Below are positions 42,283-53,041 of a stretch of 64,000 nucleotides of DNA, piece by piece (position 1 is the stretch's first letter; the number at the start of each line of letters is the position of its first letter). The stretch is taken from NCBI GenBank assembly GCA_902773295.1, contig CACYDT010000106.1:4028-68027 (forward strand), in the 5' to 3' direction. The stretch comes from an uncultured Veillonellaceae bacterium (GTDB lineage Bacteria; Bacillota; Negativicutes; Selenomonadales; Selenomonadaceae). A program made the translations under genes and the position numbers. Under the pieces are notes generated by a model. The model worked only from the letters and a program-made list of their open reading frames with translations, had not been told where the DNA came from and did no database searches.

Positions 42283-42461
42283 TATAAGCATGACAGTGGG
42301 AAGCCCGGGAGCGATCCCGGGCTTGCTTTATCCGATGCTGACGGGATTGTACTCTCACCCTTCGGGCGGGAGACCAGCCCCTATAAAGCAGTGGGTAAAT
42401 TCAGTAGGGCTCTGGAACTCCCGCTGAATGAGTCTCATTTTATTTTTTTGCGAAAGAGGGA
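42283..42461 (+). promoter_or_regulatory. Structured leader or intergenic region upstream of the ABC importer (class unknown)
   Basis: 10-bp hairpin aagcccggga-GCGA-tcccgggctt (42300-42323). A long hairpin gcgggagaccagccc...gggctctggaactcccgc competes with an alternative tctcaccc-ttcg-gggcgggaga pairing. Confidence 0.3.
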
Positions 42462-43253
42462 ATGATGATGAAGAAGATTTTTGCACTGTGCGCTGCACTG
42501 GTCTTTGGGGCAATGGCTCTTGCAGGATGCGGCGGGAGCGGAGGGTCCTCTGCGTCCTCTGCGGGTTCCGGCGGCAAGGTTTTGAAGGTTGGATCCTCCA
42601 TCGACTTTGCGCCCTTTGAATTCCAGGACGAGACGCAGAAGGAGTACCAGGGCTTCGATATGGATCTCATCCGTGCCATCGGCAAGGAGATGGGCTATGA
42701 GGTGGAGATCCAGAACATCGGTTTTGACGGGCTGATTCCTGCCTTGGAGGCAAAGAATATCGATGTGATGATTTCCGGCGTGACCATCAACGACGAGCGC
42801 AAGCAGAAGGTGCTCTTCAGCGATCCTTACTATGAGTCGGGCCTTGCCATTGTGGTACGCGAGGACAACCAGGACATCCATACCTTCCAGGATCTCAAGG
42901 GCAAGAAGGTGGCCGTCCAGATCGGCACCACCAGTGCGACGGAGGTTCATAAAATTGAAGGTGTGGAAGCCAAGGAACTCAACACCCCGGCAGACTGCTT
43001 TATGGAGCTCAAGACCGGCGGAGTGGATGCCGTGGTGAACGACCGTCCCGTCAATGACTACTACATCACCAAGAGCAATACCAAGGGCGTCAAAGGATTG
43101 CAGGATTTCTTGACAGCGGAGGATTATGGCATTGCCATCAACAAGGAGAGGCAGGATCTCCAGAAGGAAATCAATGCCGCCTTCAAGAAGCTCAAGGACA
43201 ACGGCGAGTACCAGAAAATCTACGACAAGTGGTTCGGGGGAGCCAAGAACTGA
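42462..43253 (+). CDS. Polar amino-acid ABC transporter substrate-binding lipoprotein
   Basis: Lipobox LAGCGG, then SBP family 3 motifs (GSSIDFAPFEF...GFD.DL..AI......IGFDGLIPAL....D..ISG.T....R). Confidence 0.85.
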   Translation: MMMKKIFALCAALVFGAMALAGCGGSGGSSASSAGSGGKVLKVGSSIDFAPFEFQDETQKEYQGFDMDLIRAIGKEMGYEVEIQNIGFDGLIPALEAKNIDVMISGVTINDERKQKVLFSDPYYESGLAIVVREDNQDIHTFQDLKGKKVAVQIGTTSATEVHKIEGVEAKELNTPADCFMELKTGGVDAVVNDRPVNDYYITKSNTKGVKGLQDFLTAEDYGIAINKERQDLQKEINAAFKKLKDNGEYQKIYDKWFGGAKN

Positions 43254-43273
43254 GGCTCCGCAGAGCGTATCGG

Positions 43274-43304
43274 ATACCGCGTCCCGGTGGGGCGCGGTAT
43301 TTTC
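43274..43304 (+). terminator. Intra-operon intrinsic terminator or attenuator after the binding-protein gene
   Basis: ataccgcg / cgcggtat stem with an 11-nt loop, followed by tttt. Confidence 0.6.
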
Positions 43305-43366
43305 TTATGGAAAAATCGGAACAAGAGTGATAAAATAAAAAAGTATTTAAATTTTGGAAGAACAGG

Positions 43367-44041
43367 GTGAAGTTCGTGGAGTTCAATTTCGATTTAATCA
43401 TCAATTCTTTTCCCCTGCTCCTTTTGGGGGCAGGGGTCACGGTCAAGATTACGCTGATGTCGGTGGCGGTGGGCGTTGTCATCGGGCTTTTCGTGGGAAT
43501 CGCCCGCATATCCTCCTTCCGCCTCCTCCGTTTTTTGGCGGCAGTCTATGTGGATTTCTTTCGCGGGACACCGCTTTTGGTGCAGATTTTCCTCATTTAT
43601 TTTGCAATTCCCGTGATTACGGGACAGCGCATGGATCCCTTTGTGGCGGCGATTTCTGCCTGCGGCATCAACAGCGGTGCCTATGTGGCGGAGATTTTCC
43701 GGGCGGGCATCCAGTCCATTGATGCGGGGCAGATGGAGGCGGGGCGTTCCCTGGGCATGACATGGATGCAGACCATGCGCTATATCATTGTGCCCCAGGC
43801 CTTCAAGCGGGTCATTCCGCCACTGGGCAATGAATTCATTGCTCTTTTGAAGGATTCTTCTCTGGTGTCGGTCATCGGCTTCGAGGAGCTGACTCGCCGG
43901 GGGCAGCTCATCATTGCCCGCACTTACGGTTCCCTGGAAATCTGGTTCAGCGTGGCGATCATCTATCTGGTGATGACGCTTTCGATTTCCCGGTTCGTTG
44001 CATATTTGGAAAAGAGGTTCAAAACGGATGATAAACATTGA
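43367..44041 (+). CDS. Amino-acid ABC transporter permease (HisM/GlnP type)
   Basis: GTG start. ...[16 protein letters not shown]...EAGRSLGM...IPQA....P.L.N.FI.LLKDSSL.S.IG is the EAA loop family. Confidence 0.85.
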   Translation: MKFVEFNFDLIINSFPLLLLGAGVTVKITLMSVAVGVVIGLFVGIARISSFRLLRFLAAVYVDFFRGTPLLVQIFLIYFAIPVITGQRMDPFVAAISACGINSGAYVAEIFRAGIQSIDAGQMEAGRSLGMTWMQTMRYIIVPQAFKRVIPPLGNEFIALLKDSSLVSVIGFEELTRRGQLIIARTYGSLEIWFSVAIIYLVMTLSISRFVAYLEKRFKTDDKH

Positions 44042-44747
44042 GAATTTGCACAAGTCCTTCGGGGAGGCGCATATCCTCAAGGGCATCGACCTCCATATCG
44101 CGGCGCAGGAGGTCGTGGTCATCATCGGCCCCTCCGGTTCCGGCAAGAGCACCCTTCTTCGGTGCATGAACTACCTGGAAGAGCCTACCAAGGGAAAGAT
44201 TACGGTGGACGGCATTGAGCTTTCCGGCGAGGCGAACATCAACAAGGTCCGCACAGAGGTCGGCATGGTGTTCCAGCGGTTCAACCTTTTTCCTCATATG
44301 ACGGTGCTGGACAATATCACCTTGGCTCCCCAAAAGGTTCGCAGGATGCCAAAGGGGGAGGCGGAGACCCTTGCCCGTGAGCTTCTGGGGAAGGTGGGAC
44401 TGGCAGACAAGGCGGATGCTTTTCCGGAACAGCTTTCCGGCGGGCAGCAGCAGCGGGTTGCCATTGCCCGGGCGCTTGCCATGCGCCCAAAGGTCATGCT
44501 CTTCGACGAGCCGACATCGGCACTGGATCCGGAGATGGTAGGGGAGGTGCTGGATGTCATGCGGAGCCTTGCGAAATCCGGCATGACCATGGTGGTGGTG
44601 ACCCATGAGATGGGTTTTGCCAGGGAAGTGGGCGACCGCCTGCTCTTTGTGGACGAGGGACGCATCGTGGAGCAGGGGGATCCCCGGGAGGTTTTCGAGC
44701 ATCCAAAAGAGGAGCGGACGAAATTGTTCCTGTCGAAGGTGCTGTAG
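44028..44747 (+). CDS. Amino-acid ABC transporter ATP-binding protein (GlnQ type)
   Basis: Walker [10 protein letters not shown], signature [15 protein letters not shown], Walker [12 protein letters not shown]. The start at 44028 lies inside listed ORF 43998. Confidence 0.9.
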   Translation: MINIENLHKSFGEAHILKGIDLHIAAQEVVVIIGPSGSGKSTLLRCMNYLEEPTKGKITVDGIELSGEANINKVRTEVGMVFQRFNLFPHMTVLDNITLAPQKVRRMPKGEAETLARELLGKVGLADKADAFPEQLSGGQQQRVAIARALAMRPKVMLFDEPTSALDPEMVGEVLDVMRSLAKSGMTMVVVTHEMGFAREVGDRLLFVDEGRIVEQGDPREVFEHPKEERTKLFLSKVL

Positions 44748-44803
44748 TGCAGGCAGAAGGAAATTTTGGGGAACCGATGAGACGGACTGAGGGAGGAGCA
44801 ACC

Positions 44804-46876
44804 ATGGAAATGAGGTATCCGGCAGGGAATCCAAGGGGAAAGGAACTGTTTTCCGCATTGGAGGAACGGATGCAAAAAGAGCAGTATGATGATGAGTTCC
44901 TTTTGCTCCTGATAGAATATCGGGAGATGTACCCGGAATCGGAGCATTTTGATATTTTTTACGGGAGATACGCATTTTTCTACGGGAATTACGAGGTGGC
45001 CCTGGAGCATGTATGGGCGGCATACCAAAAAAGAAAAACATGTTTTGAAACATGGAAGCTTCTTGTGGCGTGTTATCTGGCCTTAGGGGAAGTCGAAAAA
45101 TCTATTCCGTTTCAGGGTTATCTTAGCAAATTCACAGAGGAGACAATCCGTATATCGCTTCCACCAAATAAAATCCCGCAGGCATTGGGAGAACTGAGCG
45201 TTATGAAGGGATACGCGGTTTATGCGCCCTTGTGCAGGAAAAAATGCTTTTTGGAGGAAGGGCAGTTCAAAGTAGAGGAAGGCGTTTTTGCAGGTGAAAT
45301 GATACCGTTTTCAATGGATGATGACGGATACGGCTATTGGGTCGGGGCATTCAATGAAGCAGGTTCCATCGGAGGACATGGGAAGCTGTTGCAGGAAGTC
45401 GCCGGGAAGGATGCGTTCATGCAATCTGCCGGTGCGGATGTTGTATATGATATCATGCGTGCCAGGAAAGAAACAGAGTTCTTTGTGGATCCCCGGGACA
45501 GTGAGGTGATTCTTCCTGTTGCCGGAGCCATTGACAATCAGATGGTGAACTTTCAAGGGAACGGCATAGAAGGTAGTGCTGTGACGGGGCAGTGGGAATA
45601 CGATTTTTTCCGCGTAGACCGCCCTGTCCGCGTATCTTCAAAATATCCGTTGCTTTTGGGCAAGCCTGTTCGATTGAGACACAATGAGGCACGGAGAAAA
45701 ATTGTATTGAATATCCTGGTAGATGCTCTTAGCTGGCCGTTGGTTTGTCCGCAGTCGTTTCAGTACATGCCGCATATGATGGAATTCTTTTCCGAAGGGG
45801 TGGTGTTTGGACAACATTTTTCTGCAGTCGAATACACGTATCCAGCCTTGGCATCTATTGAGACGGGGATGTATCCGCATCACTCCCAGATTTATCACGA
45901 TGGTTTGGTGATACCACTCGATAAAGAATACGTGACGCTGTCGGAACAGATGAAAAATTTGGGATATTATAGTGTGAGCGTCATGAACGCAGGGGGAGGA
46001 TTATACAATGGCGTGACACGAGGATACGATAGGTTGCTGGTCGGAGCCTATGATTTGCCGGCTTATTCGGCTGTGGAAAGAACCATCCGTCATTTGGAGG
46101 CATTTTCGGAATGCGATCAGTTTCTTTTTCTGCATATTCTGGAATTGCATCCATGGTCATCCAAATCAAATCATTTGGATATGGGAGTGCAGACAAAGCT
46201 TTGCTTGCAGGATAGAATGAACGGGAAGGAAGAGCCCAAGCCGAGTATTTATCTTCCCGGTTCCAACCTTTACCAAAGCGCCTATCAGCAGGCCATGGCA
46301 CGCATCGATCGAAGTTTGGGAGTGCTGTTCGATTATATCACAAGCCATTATGATGAGGATGAATATATTGTGCAACTGTATTCCGATCATGGAGCCACCG
46401 TCTATGATGATGTGCCGCAGCTCGTGGGCGACAGCCAGACCCATACCGCCTATATGCTGCGAGGATATGGTGTTCCGAGGAAAGGCATCGTGGATGAACT
46501 GACGAGCGCTGTCGATATTTATCCGGTTCTGGGGAAACTGGCAGGGTTCCCGGTAGGTTCCTGGGTAGACGGAAACCTGCCGGCGGTGTTTGGCGGAGAA
46601 GAGCGGACATGCGTGTACAGCAACTCCCGGTATCCCGGACAGACCTATAAGCTGTGCATTCGGACGAAGACCCATGAATTTTATATGGAGTCCCTTGATC
46701 CTGTGCATGAAGATGGAACGGTGGATCTTTCGGGGGCGGCGGCATCTGTCTATTCCAGGGACGGATCCCATCGTTTGGTTGAGGATCCTGTCTTGGCCGA
46801 TGAATTTTTGGAGATGGCCAGGGAATATACCCGCTCTTTCAATGATGAGGGACGACATTGGCATTCCTATCGATGA
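44804..46876 (+). CDS. Cytoplasmic sulfatase-fold (alkaline phosphatase superfamily) protein with Thr at the nucleophile position, paralog 1 of 5
   Basis: LNILVDALSW, EYTYPALASIETGMYPHHS, FLFLHILELHPW, YSDHG, VDIYPVLGKLAGFP. No signal peptide or TM segment visible. N-terminal TPR-like region. GAGGGAGGAG is upstream of the ATG at 44804. Confidence 0.7.
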   Translation: MEMRYPAGNPRGKELFSALEERMQKEQYDDEFLLLLIEYREMYPESEHFDIFYGRYAFFYGNYEVALEHVWAAYQKRKTCFETWKLLVACYLALGEVEKSIPFQGYLSKFTEETIRISLPPNKIPQALGELSVMKGYAVYAPLCRKKCFLEEGQFKVEEGVFAGEMIPFSMDDDGYGYWVGAFNEAGSIGGHGKLLQEVAGKDAFMQSAGADVVYDIMRARKETEFFVDPRDSEVILPVAGAIDNQMVNFQGNGIEGSAVTGQWEYDFFRVDRPVRVSSKYPLLLGKPVRLRHNEARRKIVLNILVDALSWPLVCPQSFQYMPHMMEFFSEGVVFGQHFSAVEYTYPALASIETGMYPHHSQIYHDGLVIPLDKEYVTLSEQMKNLGYYSVSVMNAGGGLYNGVTRGYDRLLVGAYDLPAYSAVERTIRHLEAFSECDQFLFLHILELHPWSSKSNHLDMGVQTKLCLQDRMNGKEEPKPSIYLPGSNLYQSAYQQAMARIDRSLGVLFDYITSHYDEDEYIVQLYSDHGATVYDDVPQLVGDSQTHTAYMLRGYGVPRKGIVDELTSAVDIYPVLGKLAGFPVGSWVDGNLPAVFGGEERTCVYSNSRYPGQTYKLCIRTKTHEFYMESLDPVHEDGTVDLSGAAASVYSRDGSHRLVEDPVLADEFLEMAREYTRSFNDEGRHWHSYR

Positions 46877-46909
46877 AATGGCAATATCATAGAAAGGAAA
46901 GTGCGTGCA

Positions 46910-47641
46910 ATGAAAGCGTTGATTCTTAATTCAGGCGCGGGAGTCAGGCTGCGTCCTTTGACAGAAACACAGCCCAAATGCATGACGAAGATCTCGCCGG
47001 AGGAAACGATACTGGGACGTCATTTGCGTCAATTGGCAGATGTGGGAGTGGAGGAGATTGTCATTACAACAGGACCCTTTGAGAGGGAACTTGTTCAATA
47101 TGCAGAAGCGCATGGAGAGAAACAAAAGGTTACGTTTGTGAAGAATCCGGAATATGACCGAACGAATTATATTTATTCGATTTTCTGCGCTCGGGAATAT
47201 TTGGGGGGAGATATCCTTCTTCTGCATGGGGATTTGGTATTTGCTGATGAGGTTTTGCGCCGTGTGATGGATTTCGATGGGAGCTGCATGGTGACGAGCT
47301 CTGCTGTGCCATTGCCGGAAAAGGATTTCAAGGCCGTTCTTTCGGGAGAATACATCAAGGCCGTAGGCATTGAGTTCTTTGAACATGCCGTTGCTGCCCA
47401 GCCTTTGTATAAATTGCTCCGGAAGGATTGGCAGGCATGGCTGTCCAGGATCGAGATGTTTTGCAGGAACGGCAGGAGAAATTGCTATGCGGAGAATGCA
47501 TTCAACGAAATTTCCAATCAATGCAGGATACATCCGCTAGAGGTCGGGAATCTTTTCTGTCAGGAAGTGGATAGCTTGGAGGATTTGGATCTTGTGGTTT
47601 CCGGATTGAGAACTTTGGATTCGGAGGATTCTGCTATATGA
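46910..47641 (+). CDS. LicC/sugar-phosphate-type nucleotidyltransferase (candidate phosphonate cytidylyltransferase)
   Basis: MKALILNSGAGVRLRPLTETQPKCM is the G-x-G-x-R-L N-terminal NTP-transferase motif. About 243 aa. ATGA coupling to the downstream dehydrogenase. Confidence 0.7.
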   Translation: MKALILNSGAGVRLRPLTETQPKCMTKISPEETILGRHLRQLADVGVEEIVITTGPFERELVQYAEAHGEKQKVTFVKNPEYDRTNYIYSIFCAREYLGGDILLLHGDLVFADEVLRRVMDFDGSCMVTSSAVPLPEKDFKAVLSGEYIKAVGIEFFEHAVAAQPLYKLLRKDWQAWLSRIEMFCRNGRRNCYAENAFNEISNQCRIHPLEVGNLFCQEVDSLEDLDLVVSGLRTLDSEDSAI

Positions 47642-48780
47642 ACGGGAGATGGCCCAAGGTTCTCTCGCCGGGAGATGATTATGCGGATATCGATGCTTAT
47701 CTCCTTGGCAAGGGAGTCCGGAAAATTTTTCTTGTGCATGGGAAATCTGCAAAGAATCTTAGGGTGGGACGTTATTTTTTCGGTCTTCCGGAGCGCATGG
47801 GGATTTCTTTGCGTTCCTTTACGGATTTCTGCCCGAATCCGTCCTTTGAGTCTGTTGTGAACGGGGTGAAGGATTTTCGGGAGCACGGCTGTGACATGGT
47901 CGCAGCTCTTGGCGGTGGGAGCGCCATAGATGTTGCAAAATGCGTTAAGCTGTATGCGGACATGCCTGATGATGCATGTGCTCTTCCACAGAAAATCCGG
48001 CCGAACGACATACCTCTCTTGGCTGTTCCGACTACGGCGGGAACAGGGAGCGAGACCACCCGGTATGCCGTGATTTATTTTGATGGCGAGAAGCAGTCCA
48101 TTTCTCATGAGACATGCATTCCGGAGGCTGTATGCATAGATCCGTCCGTACTGATGACGTTGCCGTTGTATCATCGCGCTTCTTCCATGCTGGATGCTCT
48201 TTGCCATGCCATGGAATCCTGGTGGTCGGTGAACTCCACGGAGGAAAGCCGTCGGTATTCCCGGGATGCCATGAGGCTTATTCTGGCGTGTAGAAAGGAA
48301 TATATGCAGGAGGATTCCCGTGTGTTCGGGCATATGATGCAGGCAGCGCATTTGGCAGGGAAGGCTATCGATATCACACAGACGACGGCGGGGCATGCGA
48401 TGTGCTATAAGCTGACCGGTCGTTACGGGATTGCCCATGGCCATGCGGCTGCTCTCTGCGATGCGGCACTCTGGCCATATATGATGGAACATCTGGAGGA
48501 TTGCTGCGATGTGCGCGGAAAGAACTGGCTGGCAGGAATTTTTGGGGAAATGGCCGAAACGATGGGGTGCGGTGATGTGCGGGAAGCGGCAGCGGTTTTG
48601 CCGAAATTTCTGAAGGAACTTGGCATGGAGAAACCTTCCGGCACGGAGGAGGATCTGGACTTTCTGGCAGCTTCCGTGAATCCCGTGCGTCTGAAGAACC
48701 ATCCCGTCCGAATGAGCAGGGAGGCGTTTCGGTACCTATATGACGAGATCGTATGGATACATAGGCCGATGGAGGAATGA
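47638..48780 (+). CDS. Iron-containing (group III) alcohol dehydrogenase, candidate phosphonoacetaldehyde reductase
   Basis: GGGSAIDVAKCVK, TTAGTGSE and His-rich metal motifs (H..CH..E, GIAHGHA). Functional assignment is from context with pepM and ppd. Confidence 0.7.
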   Translation: MNGRWPKVLSPGDDYADIDAYLLGKGVRKIFLVHGKSAKNLRVGRYFFGLPERMGISLRSFTDFCPNPSFESVVNGVKDFREHGCDMVAALGGGSAIDVAKCVKLYADMPDDACALPQKIRPNDIPLLAVPTTAGTGSETTRYAVIYFDGEKQSISHETCIPEAVCIDPSVLMTLPLYHRASSMLDALCHAMESWWSVNSTEESRRYSRDAMRLILACRKEYMQEDSRVFGHMMQAAHLAGKAIDITQTTAGHAMCYKLTGRYGIAHGHAAALCDAALWPYMMEHLEDCCDVRGKNWLAGIFGEMAETMGCGDVREAAAVLPKFLKELGMEKPSGTEEDLDFLAASVNPVRLKNHPVRMSREAFRYLYDEIVWIHRPMEE

Positions 48781-48804
48781 TAGGAGAAGGGGGGAGGCTT
48801 GGGG

Positions 48805-50925
48805 ATGAGATATCCGGAGGGAGATCCGAGGGGAAAGGAATTATTTTCGGCACTGGAGGAAAGGGCAGAACAGGGGATGTATGATGATGCGTACTTGTGG
48901 ATGCTCATCGAATACCAGAGCCTGTATCCGGAATCCGAGCATTTTGATATATTTTATGCGAAATATGCCATGTTTCATAAAAATTACGGAGTGGCATTGG
49001 AGCATGCGGGAAAGGCATTCGGGAAACGAAGGATCAGCTTGGAGGTATGGAGGCTTTTCGCTGATTCTTGTATCGCATTGGGCAGGCCGGAAGAAGCGCT
49101 TCCTTTTCAGGGCTACTGCTGCAATTTTTACAGGCAGCCATTGGAGATATCTATGCCGGAGGCGTTGCTCAAAAAGAACTTGGGGAGACTGAGTCTGGCC
49201 ATGGGGCGTGGGAATTGCGCACCTCTTTGTGAATGCAAGATGTCTTATGATGGTGGGGAAATGAGTTCGTCCAAGACTGTGTTCGGCGCGGAATTCCTTC
49301 CCGTGGGCGCAGATGAGGAAGGGTATTCGTATTGGGTTGGCGTATACAATGAATCTGCAGGAATTGGAACCAGGGGAAAGCATTTGGAACGGGAAATGAA
49401 GTCGGGAACGGCAGGTTTCTTCGAGGGCGATGATGTTGTGTACGATATTATGCGTTCCAAGATTGCGAGGGAGGTGCTCGTTGAGCCGAAGGGAAGCCCT
49501 GTTGCGCTTCCAATCGCGGCAGCGACGGCCGCTGCAGAGAAGCAGCGTGTGGATTTTTCGTCGGGAGGAGAGACAGAATGCGGATGCCTGGGGCAATGGG
49601 AGTACAGCTTTTTCCGTGTGGAAAAGCCGACCAGGATTTCCTCGGAATATCCCTTGGTCTTTGGAAGACCGATTCCCTTGCAGCATAATTCCAAACGGAA
49701 GCGGTTGGTTCTCAATATCCTGGTGGATGCTTTGAGCTGGCATATGTTTCGCAGGGAGAGGTTCCGCTATATGCCCAATATGATGGACTTTTTCTCCAAG
49801 GGAATCATTTTCGACCAACAGTTTTCTGTTTCGGAGTATACGTATCCATCGTTGCCGTCTATTGAGACGGGACTGTATCCTCATCATTCCCAAATTTTCA
49901 GTGAGCGGGCGGCCATAGAGATCGACAGGAAGCATCTCACGATTTCGGAGCAGATGAAGGGGCTCGGCTATTACTGCACCAACCTCATGGGAGGAGGGCA
50001 TGCGATATACAACGGCGCAACGAGGGGCTATGACAGGCTGGTTACGAATTTCTGCGATTTGTCGGCGTATGCCGGCACTGAAAGGGCGATTCGTCAGATG
50101 GAAGCCTTTTCAGAATGTGACCAGTTTATTTTTTTGCATTTCATGGAAGTCCACCCCTGGCCTGCGGGGAGCATTCCCTACCCGTTGGAGACACAGGTGC
50201 ATCTTCCTTTGCGGGAGCGGTTGGCCAGAGCCGGCGTTGGGAATGCGAGCGTCCGCCTTCCCGATGCGGCAGTTTACCAGGAGGCAAATCGCCGGGGATT
50301 GGCGCATGTGGACAGCGGCCTGAAAAAATTGTTCGATTACATTACCGCTCATTATGATGAGGACGAATACATCGTTCAGCTGTATTCTGACCATGGAGTT
50401 TCCATTTATGACAAGGTGCCGGATCTTTTGGGAGATAACCAGACGGGGACGGCGTATATGATGAGAGGTACCGGGGTTCCCAAAAAGGGCATGGTGGAGG
50501 AACTGACGAGCACGGTGGATATTTATCCTGTTCTCGGAAAGCTGGCAGGGTTCCGAGGGGACGCTCGTGTGGATGGCAATCTTCCTGCCGTTTTCGGTGG
50601 AACGGAACGAGATCATGTCATAAGCTATTCCCTGTTCCCGGGACAAACTTACAAGCTCCGCATCCGAACGAAAGTGCATGAGTTCTATCTGGAATCTACG
50701 GAGCTTGTCAACGAGGACGGCACGGTGGATTTGTCCGGAGCAGAATTGTCGATTCGTACAAGAGATGGATCTCGCCGGCCGGTGACGGAGCCGGCTGTCA
50801 TGAACCGCTTCCTTGAGCTGGTGAAGGAATACACGAAATCCTTCAACAACGAAGGCCGCCAATGGAGGTCCATGATGGAGTCCAGGCCGGAGTGGTATGG
50901 CAAGGAAAAGAAAGTTTCACATTGA
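48805..50925 (+). CDS. Cytoplasmic Thr-type sulfatase-fold protein, paralog 2 of 5
   Basis: LNILVDALSW, EYTYPSLPSIETGLYPHHS, YSDHG, VDIYPVLGKLAGF. The ATG at 48805 follows AGGAGAAGGGGGGAGG. The listed ORF begins at TTG 48799. Confidence 0.7.
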   Translation: MRYPEGDPRGKELFSALEERAEQGMYDDAYLWMLIEYQSLYPESEHFDIFYAKYAMFHKNYGVALEHAGKAFGKRRISLEVWRLFADSCIALGRPEEALPFQGYCCNFYRQPLEISMPEALLKKNLGRLSLAMGRGNCAPLCECKMSYDGGEMSSSKTVFGAEFLPVGADEEGYSYWVGVYNESAGIGTRGKHLEREMKSGTAGFFEGDDVVYDIMRSKIAREVLVEPKGSPVALPIAAATAAAEKQRVDFSSGGETECGCLGQWEYSFFRVEKPTRISSEYPLVFGRPIPLQHNSKRKRLVLNILVDALSWHMFRRERFRYMPNMMDFFSKGIIFDQQFSVSEYTYPSLPSIETGLYPHHSQIFSERAAIEIDRKHLTISEQMKGLGYYCTNLMGGGHAIYNGATRGYDRLVTNFCDLSAYAGTERAIRQMEAFSECDQFIFLHFMEVHPWPAGSIPYPLETQVHLPLRERLARAGVGNASVRLPDAAVYQEANRRGLAHVDSGLKKLFDYITAHYDEDEYIVQLYSDHGVSIYDKVPDLLGDNQTGTAYMMRGTGVPKKGMVEELTSTVDIYPVLGKLAGFRGDARVDGNLPAVFGGTERDHVISYSLFPGQTYKLRIRTKVHEFYLESTELVNEDGTVDLSGAELSIRTRDGSRRPVTEPAVMNRFLELVKEYTKSFNNEGRQWRSMMESRPEWYGKEKKVSH

Positions 50926-50955
50926 CAAATATGCATTTGTTGAGGAGGGAATGAT

Positions 50956-52998
50956 GTGAAATATCCAGGAGGAAGTGCAGAAGGAAAGAAGCAGTTTCGA
51001 ACATTGGAGGAACGGGCGAAAAAGAATCTTTACGATGATGAGTTTTTGTTGCTTCTCATAGAATATCAACGCATGCATCCTCAATCAGAACATTTTGATA
51101 TTTTTTATGCCCGGTATGCCGCATTTCATGGGAATTACCGGGTGGCATTGGAACATGCAAAAAAAGCCTATGCATGCCGCAAGCAGGACGCAGAAACGTG
51201 GAAACTGCTGGCAGGGATCTACGAAAGGATCGGGGACAAGTATCATGCGGCTTTGTATCTTGGTCTGGTGTCTCTGGACAATGAAAAGACGTTGATGGAT
51301 ATCACCGGTAAGGAAAGTGTGGCAGGGCTGGAGATGGCTCATACGAGTCCTGCCTTGGCGCCCTTTAAGCAGTCTGCGGTCTTTGTCGGGAATGCAATCA
51401 AGTTCCAGGACGGATTGTTTCTGGGGGAGCAGCTTCCTATGGAAGAAAACGGGAAAGAAGGTTACTGGGTCGGGATCTATAATATGGATGGCAGGAGGGA
51501 AGCCAGGACATTTTTATTGGACAGGATCAAGGAGTTCCACCTTCCTATGTCAAACTATTGTGACATGACCTTTGATTGCTTGCGGGCGACACTCAAGAAG
51601 ACGATGGAGGTCTCATTGAAGCAGGAGGAAAAATGTATTCTCCCGCTTTCCGGCACGGAGCATTTTCAGAAGATCAGGATTCAGGAAGAGGGTGGGGCAT
51701 GTCATCATGCAGTTTTGGCAAAATGTGAGACCATGTTTCTCCGGCTGGAAAGCCCTGCGCATATTACATCTGACATTCCTTTTGCAGTAGGAAATCCGGT
51801 GCTTCTGGCGCACAGTCCCGAAAGGAAGAAGGTGGTGCTGAATATTTTAGCGGATGGGCTGAGTTGGGCGGAGCAAAAAAAGGAAGGTTTTGCCAATATC
51901 CCAAACATCCTTCGTTTTTTTGGAAAGGGGATCATTTTCAATCAAAATTTTTCAGAAACAGAGTATACATACCCTTCCTTGGCAGCCATTGAGACAGGGA
52001 TGCGCACGGCGCATTCTCAAATTTTTCATGACGGCCGCTATGTTTCTCTGGAACCTTCCATTCTTACCATCTCTGAGCAAATGGGAAAACTGGGATATTA
52101 TTGCGTCAATGTTCAAGGGAATGGGGAAGGCATTTACAATGGTGTTACCAGAGGGCATGAGCGTGTGCTTGTTAACCATTATCACCATCCGGCCTATGTG
52201 GGGGTTGAGCGGACGATACGTCAGCTCGAAGCATTCTCGGAAACGGATCAGTTCATTTTTCTCCATATGACAGATTCCCATCCATATAATAGCGACATGA
52301 ATATCTTGGAAGATGCACAGACGCATCTGTCCTTGAAAGAGCATTTGCAGAACATAGATCGAAGCACTTCTGTATGTGTTGCTGCGAATCAGCGGAATCA
52401 GTGGGTGAATCGCAAGAGAATACGAAATATGGATCGCCAGCTTGGCAGCTTGTTCCGATACATAGAGGATCATTACAAAGAAAACGAGTATATCGTTCAT
52501 CTGTATTCAGATCATGGGTGCTCCGTTTACAGTGAGCAACCGTGGCTGATGGATGAATACCAAACGTCTTCGGCACTGATGATGCGCGGTGATGGAATAC
52601 CGCATCTTGGTTTTGTCGAGGAACTGACGAGCGTATGGGACATTTATAAAATCGTCGGACATAATTGCCACTATCCGGTGGATGGCACGCATTTGGACGG
52701 GAATCTGCCGGAGGTGCTGGGAGGGAAGAGAAGAGAGTATGTCTGGAGCAATTCCATATATCCGGGACAGACGTATAAGCTCTGCTTGCGGACAGAAACT
52801 CATGAGTTTCGCCTGGAGACAGAGCATCTTACACGGGAAAACGGAACCGTCAAGCTGCATCCGTATCGTACGCGTCTTTTCCTTCGCAATGGGGAGCATA
52901 CGGAGATCCGGGAGGAAGGGACGGAAAAGATGTTTATGAAGTGGATTCTCGAGGATAGGTACCATATCTTTTGCGACGAGTTGCCAAAAGGATCGTGA
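50956..52998 (+). CDS. Cytoplasmic Thr-type sulfatase-fold protein, paralog 3 of 5 (most divergent)
   Basis: GTG start after GAGGAGGGA. LNILADGLSW, EYTYPSLAAIETGMRTAHS, YSDHG, WDIYKIVGHNCHYP. More A/T-rich than the other paralogs by eye. Confidence 0.65.
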   Translation: MKYPGGSAEGKKQFRTLEERAKKNLYDDEFLLLLIEYQRMHPQSEHFDIFYARYAAFHGNYRVALEHAKKAYACRKQDAETWKLLAGIYERIGDKYHAALYLGLVSLDNEKTLMDITGKESVAGLEMAHTSPALAPFKQSAVFVGNAIKFQDGLFLGEQLPMEENGKEGYWVGIYNMDGRREARTFLLDRIKEFHLPMSNYCDMTFDCLRATLKKTMEVSLKQEEKCILPLSGTEHFQKIRIQEEGGACHHAVLAKCETMFLRLESPAHITSDIPFAVGNPVLLAHSPERKKVVLNILADGLSWAEQKKEGFANIPNILRFFGKGIIFNQNFSETEYTYPSLAAIETGMRTAHSQIFHDGRYVSLEPSILTISEQMGKLGYYCVNVQGNGEGIYNGVTRGHERVLVNHYHHPAYVGVERTIRQLEAFSETDQFIFLHMTDSHPYNSDMNILEDAQTHLSLKEHLQNIDRSTSVCVAANQRNQWVNRKRIRNMDRQLGSLFRYIEDHYKENEYIVHLYSDHGCSVYSEQPWLMDEYQTSSALMMRGDGIPHLGFVEELTSVWDIYKIVGHNCHYPVDGTHLDGNLPEVLGGKRREYVWSNSIYPGQTYKLCLRTETHEFRLETEHLTRENGTVKLHPYRTRLFLRNGEHTEIREEGTEKMFMKWILEDRYHIFCDELPKGS

Positions 52999-53041
52999 GA
53001 GAGGAAAGTATGGATTGAGATTTCGTTAGGGAGGAATTTAT

